Assembly (NCBI GenBank): GCA_963718615.1
Contig: OY970368.1
Location: forward strand, 128,001-192,000
DNA length: 64,000 nucleotides
Origin: an uncultured cyanobacterium
GTDB lineage: Bacteria > Cyanobacteriota > Cyanobacteriia > PCC-9006 > JAAUQQ01
Direction: 5' to 3'
Shown: positions 59,781-64,000 of the stretch, piece by piece
Numbering within the stretch: the stretch's first letter is position 1
Layout of the letters: every line of letters begins with the position of its first letter
Translations under genes and position numbers: made by a program
Notes under the pieces: model-generated
Told to the model about the DNA's origin: nothing
The model's input: only the letters and a program-made list of their open reading frames with translations
Databases searched by the model: none

Positions 59781-62700
59781 GTCTTCGTCTCGGGGAGGCG
59801 CGCTGCACAGCTCGGTGCAGCGGTAGCCCTAGAGGATAGAGGATGGGAAGAAGGCGTTAAGACAACCTGACTCTGAGCATTAAGGCTCCACCCTTGCGCT
59901 TCTTGCAGCGTAGAGGATGGAACCCCTGGGACATCGGTAGATGCAGACGCAGTGCGTGAATCTTGCCAGAGGGAACCCGCGTTGAGGGTCGCCTGAGGAT
60001 TCGTCGGTAAGCCACCCCGGCCCGTAGTCACAAAGGTTCCCTGAGTAGCTTGACCACACTGAGCCACAATTTGCTGGTTGGCATCCACCAGCTGATCCGG
60101 CAGCTCCGGGAGAGACTGACTGGGGTCGATACCGGGGGTCTCTAGCTCAACGGTGCCGTCAAACTGAGCGCCAAGGCCAGAGCTGGCAGTGATATCGCTA
60201 TTTGGGGTTAATTGTTCCCGGAATTGAATGCCAAATATCCGCTGGGCCGCAATCTCGACCTGTCCGCCAAAATTGCTGGCGGCATTGGCCGTAATATCGC
60301 TATTTTCATCAGCAGGGGCGATTAGAAATCCAGTCTTGATTTGGATATTCCCCCCGGTGGCATCGCCCTGGGCATCGGTGTAGATGCGGCTGCCGTTGCG
60401 GAGGACCAGCAGATTCGAGAGCAAGGCAATGTTGCCCTGATCGCCTCCGGCACTGCCAGCGGTCAACGTACTGTGGTCAAGACTAATAATGTCTGCAGTG
60501 AGATTTAGGCTACCTGCCGATCCATTGCCCGGTGGCAGCAAACCCTGGCTTTGAAAATTGCTGGCGCTAATGGTTGCCCCGGTCTGTAGGCTCAGATCGC
60601 GGGTCTCGACAGTTACCGTCCCTCCATTACCGGTTCCCAGAATGGCGTTGGCAAACAAACCGCTCCGACCATTGGCCGTTCCACCGCCGACCAATTCAAT
60701 CCGATCCTGAGCCCGAACGATCAGATCACCGGCATTGCCTGCACCTAAGGTACTGACCGCAATTTGCCCACCTCCAGTTATCTGCAATTGGTTCGTTTCC
60801 ACGATGAGCTGTCCCCCGTTGCCCGTCGCGTTGGGCTGGACGAGGGCAAACAAGCCGCTGGGAGAAGCATCGTCGGGGCTGACGCCGTCGATCTGAATTT
60901 GGTTGGCTTGGACAAGGAGCTGTCCGCCATCACCGCTGCTGAACGTACTGACTGCGGCTCTGGCTCCCCCGGTGATCTGAAGGGTGTCTGTGTCGATCTT
61001 GAGCATGCCGCCGGAGCCGGTAGCATTGCCTTGAGCCTGGGCAAACAGGCCGCTGAGATTATCGGTATTCCCCAGACCGGTGAGAACAACAGCACGGGCT
61101 TTAATGTCTAAGACTCCGCCTTGGCCTGCACCGTAGGTACTCACAGAAACCGTGCCACCGTTGAGGGCCGTGAGCTGATCAACCGTAAGATGAACCTCAC
61201 CGCCATTGCCGCTACCGTAGGTTTGGGAAAAGATGCCGCTGGGAGAATCGACGATGGATAACCCTTCGAGTTTGACCCGGTCAGCGGTGATATTGATGGA
61301 GCCGGAATTGCCGGAGTCGAGGGCGATCGCCGCAATATTCCCCCCATCCGTCAACCCAAGCTCAGGCGTCTTCACCGAAATATCTCCCCCGGCCCCCGTA
61401 GCAAAGGCATAGGAAAATAATCCACTGGGAACCCCCTGGGCGCTGGTTCCCAATATATGCAGATATTCGCTGGCGTCTATCCGGAGGGGACTAGCCTGTC
61501 CTGGGCCGGCACTGTAGCTCAAAAGCGTCGCCCCATCCCGCAGATTCATCCGCTGAGTTGCAATCTCAACACCGGCTGCGCTACTGGGAGAAAAAACGCT
61601 GCTAAAAATTCCACTACCAAAGTTTTCCAGGTCGATTTGGTCTGCTTCGATTCGCAGCAAACCTGCCGTGCCTAAATCATAGGTATTGACAGTCAAGACT
61701 CCACTTTGCTGCAGCGTGAGCTGCGGGGTTTTCACCAAAATCGAACTGCCTTGCCCCGCTGCACCGAACTCCACGTCCGCGCGAATAAAGCTGAATTGGC
61801 CTTGACCTTGACCAATGAGCGTCAATGCTTCGTTGGCCGTAATTGAAATTTGTCCCCCTGGTGTACTGCTCGTGCCGCCGGTTGTGTTGCTGACCAAACC
61901 GCTGCCTTCCAGCAGCGCGATGCGGTTGCCTTGGAGGGAAATGGAACCGGGGCGATCGCCCGACACATCCCCCGAGGCTTGCCGCAAGGTAATATTGCCC
62001 AAAGCTTGACCGGGCTGGGGGCCCTGGGTCAAATCTAGGGAGCCATCGGACAAGGCCCAAAGATTCAGCGTTCCGCTTGGGGCTGTTAAATTTCCGCCCA
62101 CCAAATCGATATTGGGGGCAGCCAGCAGCAATGTCTTTCCGGCAGCTACGGCTAACCCCTCGGGACGGTTGGAGCGATCGAGAATAAAAAACTGAGGATC
62201 GGTACTGTATTGATTGCCCGTGCCTGCCACTTGAATTAATCCAGCGTTAGGGTCGGTAATCGGGGAATTGGCGCTGGAGCCGAACTGGAGACCGACGGGG
62301 GTGCTGACGGTGAGGAGATTGGGGGGTTGGGGGGCGATCGCACTAAATTCGCTGCCATCGCTCAAGGTCAAACCAGATGCCGTACTGGCGTAAAAACTGC
62401 CCCCTAACTGAAGGGATGCATTGGGGCCAAACAGAATCCCAGCCGGATTAATCAAAAAGAAATCCGCTGTACCGTCGGCCCGAATCTTTCCATCCAAACG
62501 AGATGCCGTACCGCCCGTAACGCGGCTCAAAATGGCGGCTAATCCAGAGGCATTTTGGAAATAAACCGTTTCGTTAGTTCCCAGAGAAAACTGCTCAAAG
62601 CTATGCAATCGCCGATTGTCCAGCAAGGTCCCCCCCTCAATGCAGTAGGTAACGGCACAACTGCTGTTGAGCTGAGTCCCTGCGGTTGAGTCCGGAATGA

Positions 62701-62803
62701 TCTGGGCTTGAACCGGTGCAATCCACTGGCTTGCCAGCAGAACTCCGCCCGTCAATCCGGACTTGAGCGGTAGGCGAGGGAAACCGGTGTGAAGCAGACG
62801 CAT
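59777..62803 (-). CDS. Filamentous-haemagglutinin N-terminal (TPS-domain) beta-helical exoprotein
   Basis: Signal peptide (VQA-QIIPD), LHSFEQFS, ILSRVTGG..S..DG, LINPAGILFGPNASLQLGGSF.ASTA, many Gly-rich (S/N)GLF..GxGGxL repeats, C-terminal TGRGGLP/EAQGW. Confidence 0.9.
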   Translation of the reverse strand: MRLLHTGFPRLPLKSGLTGGVLLASQWIAPVQAQIIPDSTAGTQLNSSCAVTYCIEGGTLLDNRRLHSFEQFSLGTNETVYFQNASGLAAILSRVTGGTASRLDGKIRADGTADFFLINPAGILFGPNASLQLGGSFYASTASGLTLSDGSEFSAIAPQPPNLLTVSTPVGLQFGSSANSPITDPNAGLIQVAGTGNQYSTDPQFFILDRSNRPEGLAVAAGKTLLLAAPNIDLVGGNLTAPSGTLNLWALSDGSLDLTQGPQPGQALGNITLRQASGDVSGDRPGSISLQGNRIALLEGSGLVSNTTGGTSSTPGGQISITANEALTLIGQGQGQFSFIRADVEFGAAGQGSSILVKTPQLTLQQSGVLTVNTYDLGTAGLLRIEADQIDLENFGSGIFSSVFSPSSAAGVEIATQRMNLRDGATLLSYSAGPGQASPLRIDASEYLHILGTSAQGVPSGLFSYAFATGAGGDISVKTPELGLTDGGNIAAIALDSGNSGSINITADRVKLEGLSIVDSPSGIFSQTYGSGNGGEVHLTVDQLTALNGGTVSVSTYGAGQGGVLDIKARAVVLTGLGNTDNLSGLFAQAQGNATGSGGMLKIDTDTLQITGGARAAVSTFSSGDGGQLLVQANQIQIDGVSPDDASPSGLFALVQPNATGNGGQLIVETNQLQITGGGQIAVSTLGAGNAGDLIVRAQDRIELVGGGTANGRSGLFANAILGTGNGGTVTVETRDLSLQTGATISASNFQSQGLLPPGNGSAGSLNLTADIISLDHSTLTAGSAGGDQGNIALLSNLLVLRNGSRIYTDAQGDATGGNIQIKTGFLIAPADENSDITANAASNFGGQVEIAAQRIFGIQFREQLTPNSDITASSGLGAQFDGTVELETPGIDPSQSLPELPDQLVDANQQIVAQCGQATQGTFVTTGRGGLPTNPQATLNAGSLWQDSRTASASTDVPGVPSSTLQEAQGWSLNAQSQVVLTPSSHPLSSRATAAPSCAARLPETKT

Positions 62804-62974
62804 AGATTTGAGGTAGGAAGACTCAGCTTAAGGATTCCCAAAGTTTGGGGTGCTCCAACGCTGACAGAGATTCAGCTGACAGAGATTCAAATGTCCGTCT
62901 GCGGAGAAACACTCTCCGCAGGAGATCTTTTCTAGACGACTTTCCTGGACGACTTTTCCAAAGGACAGATTTAC

Positions 62975-63187
62975 TTAAGTGTTTTGATCGACCTGAGTAT
63001 TACAATCCAAACCACCGGTTGTGCTCAATCCACCACCACCGCCACCGCTGCCACCACCAAAGGGCCAAATCGGAGGCCAACCGCCCTGAGCGTTTTCTTG
63101 GTCTTCTTCCGAGAGCTCCGTCCACAGTTCAGCTTGGGGAGGCTCGGAAGGCTGAGATTGCTTTTTTTTGTTTTTGTTCCAATTCAT
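62975..63187 (-). CDS. Double-glycine-leader secreted peptide precursor 1
   Basis: Leader ends ELWTELSEEDQENAQGG; core WPPIWPFGGGSGGGGGGLSTTGGLDCNTQVDQNT; next to HlyD and the C39 exporter. Confidence 0.82.
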   Translation of the reverse strand: MNWNKNKKKQSQPSEPPQAELWTELSEEDQENAQGGWPPIWPFGGGSGGGGGGLSTTGGLDCNTQVDQNT

Positions 63188-63636
63188 GGTGAGGACCTGC
63201 GAAGAAGTGATGAGAAAGCAGTTAGATGGAGCTGACTTATGAACCGAGGCTTTCGATTGAATGATTCAAATCTAATCAGCCTAATCGTCTGAATACATCA
63301 AGAATTAATTCCCAGCGGGAGTAGAAGCAACAGCCGAAATAGCAACGTTGCTAGCTGAGCTGCTAATGACTGCACTCATGCCACCGCCACCACCACCGCT
63401 GCCACCGCCAATCGGCCAAATCGGAGGCCAACCGCCCTGAGCGTTTTCTTGGTCTGCTTCCGAGAGCTCCGTCCACAGTTCAGCTTGGGGAGGCTCGGAA
63501 GATTGAGATTGCTGCTTTTTGTTCCAATTCATGGCGATAACTTACAAAGAAGTGATGAGAAGGAAGTTAGATGAAGCTGGTTTCTTGAACCAATACTTCC
63601 GGTTGGATGATTCAAATCTAACAAGCCTAATCGTCT
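63032..63636. repeat. Tandem duplication (two ~255-bp homologous units, 63032-63290 and 63382-63636) covering the upstream leader and the 5' two-thirds of each peptide gene
   Basis: Near-identical coding DNA for the leader, WPPIWP and Gly linker. Similar upstream sequence ends sharply at CTAATCGTCT in both copies. Confidence 0.9.
63305..63532 (-). CDS. Double-glycine-leader secreted peptide precursor 2
   Basis: Leader ends ELWTELSEADQENAQGG; core WPPIWPIGGGSGGGGGGMSAVISSSASNVAISAVASTPAGN. Confidence 0.82.
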   Translation of the reverse strand: MNWNKKQQSQSSEPPQAELWTELSEADQENAQGGWPPIWPIGGGSGGGGGGMSAVISSSASNVAISAVASTPAGN

Positions 63637-63920
63637 TTTAGTTAAGGCTTTGAGCAAGATTTTCTTAGGAATTGAATGAATAGTTTTTGGTGAGTTCAAG
63701 GGAATTACGGCCTACTTGAGAAACTTATCTTTGAGAACTGCGTGATTTTGCAGAGCGATCGCAAACCTCAAGAACCTTTCACGATTCCTCAGCACATCGG
63801 CATTTACAGTTCTACTCATTCCGGCAAATTTTGCAGATCTACGAATCCGTATTTTCCTGAGTTATTCAGGTTTTTCAACGGTGAACAATAGGTTGAATCC
63901 GAAGATCTCCCCCCTGCTCT

Positions 63921-64000
63921 ATGCGCTATCCCGCGATTCTTCAACATTCCGAAGAGGACTGCGGTGCCGCTTGCCTCGCCTCGATCGCCCAGTACCACGG
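63921..64000 (+). CDS. C39-peptidase-domain ABC transporter (PCAT), 5' end only, runs off the window
   Basis: Hand translation from ATG 63921: MRYPAILQHSEEDCGAACLASIAQYH(G), which is the C39 Q-x5-C catalytic motif (QHSEEDCGAACL). The ABC part is inferred, not visible. Confidence 0.88.
   Translation, partial: MRYPAILQHSEEDCGAACLASIAQYH

Noticed and set aside
63816-63998. 60-aa minus-strand ORF in the track
   Set aside because: It is a shadow of the real plus-strand C39-peptidase gene starting at 63921.

Overview
Cyanobacterial chromosomal window: the HIP1 octamer GCGATCGC is frequent, and psb30/ycf12, sigC and hetZ/patU are present. It is probably from a filamentous lineage. From left to right it holds: a frameshifted secreted Ig-like gene, micro-ORFs, moxR, pyk, a PHP phosphoesterase and ilvC; a ~22 kb Wzx/Wzy-type polysaccharide locus (2 flippases, 6 glycosyltransferases, Wzy-like and Wzc-like genes) with a divergent CDP-sugar operon (rfbF-lhgO-SDR-rfbC-GT2-SAF oxidoreductase-nucleotidyltransferase); psb30 (missed by the ORF track) and aspA; a developmental-regulator locus (hetZ-like, full-length patU, gamma-glutamylcyclotransferase, a second hetZ paralog, a frameshifted REC/pseudo-HisKA gene); housekeeping and ion-transport genes, including an internally deleted corA; sigC with an NtcA-type box; pgk; and a Uma2 remnant plus a HigB/HigA-ImmA toxin-antitoxin islet. 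At the right edge is the best candidate for an undescribed system. Two tandemly duplicated double-glycine-leader peptide genes (constant WPPIWP head, poly-Gly linker, variable tail) each follow a conserved, apparently structured ~100-nt leader. They are co-oriented with a filamentous-haemagglutinin-like protein whose stop overlaps the start of HlyD, and divergent from a C39-peptidase ABC exporter whose N-terminus begins at 63921 (also missed by the ORF track). No rRNA, tRNA, CRISPR array or IS element was seen. All calls come from reading motifs by eye; no database search was run.
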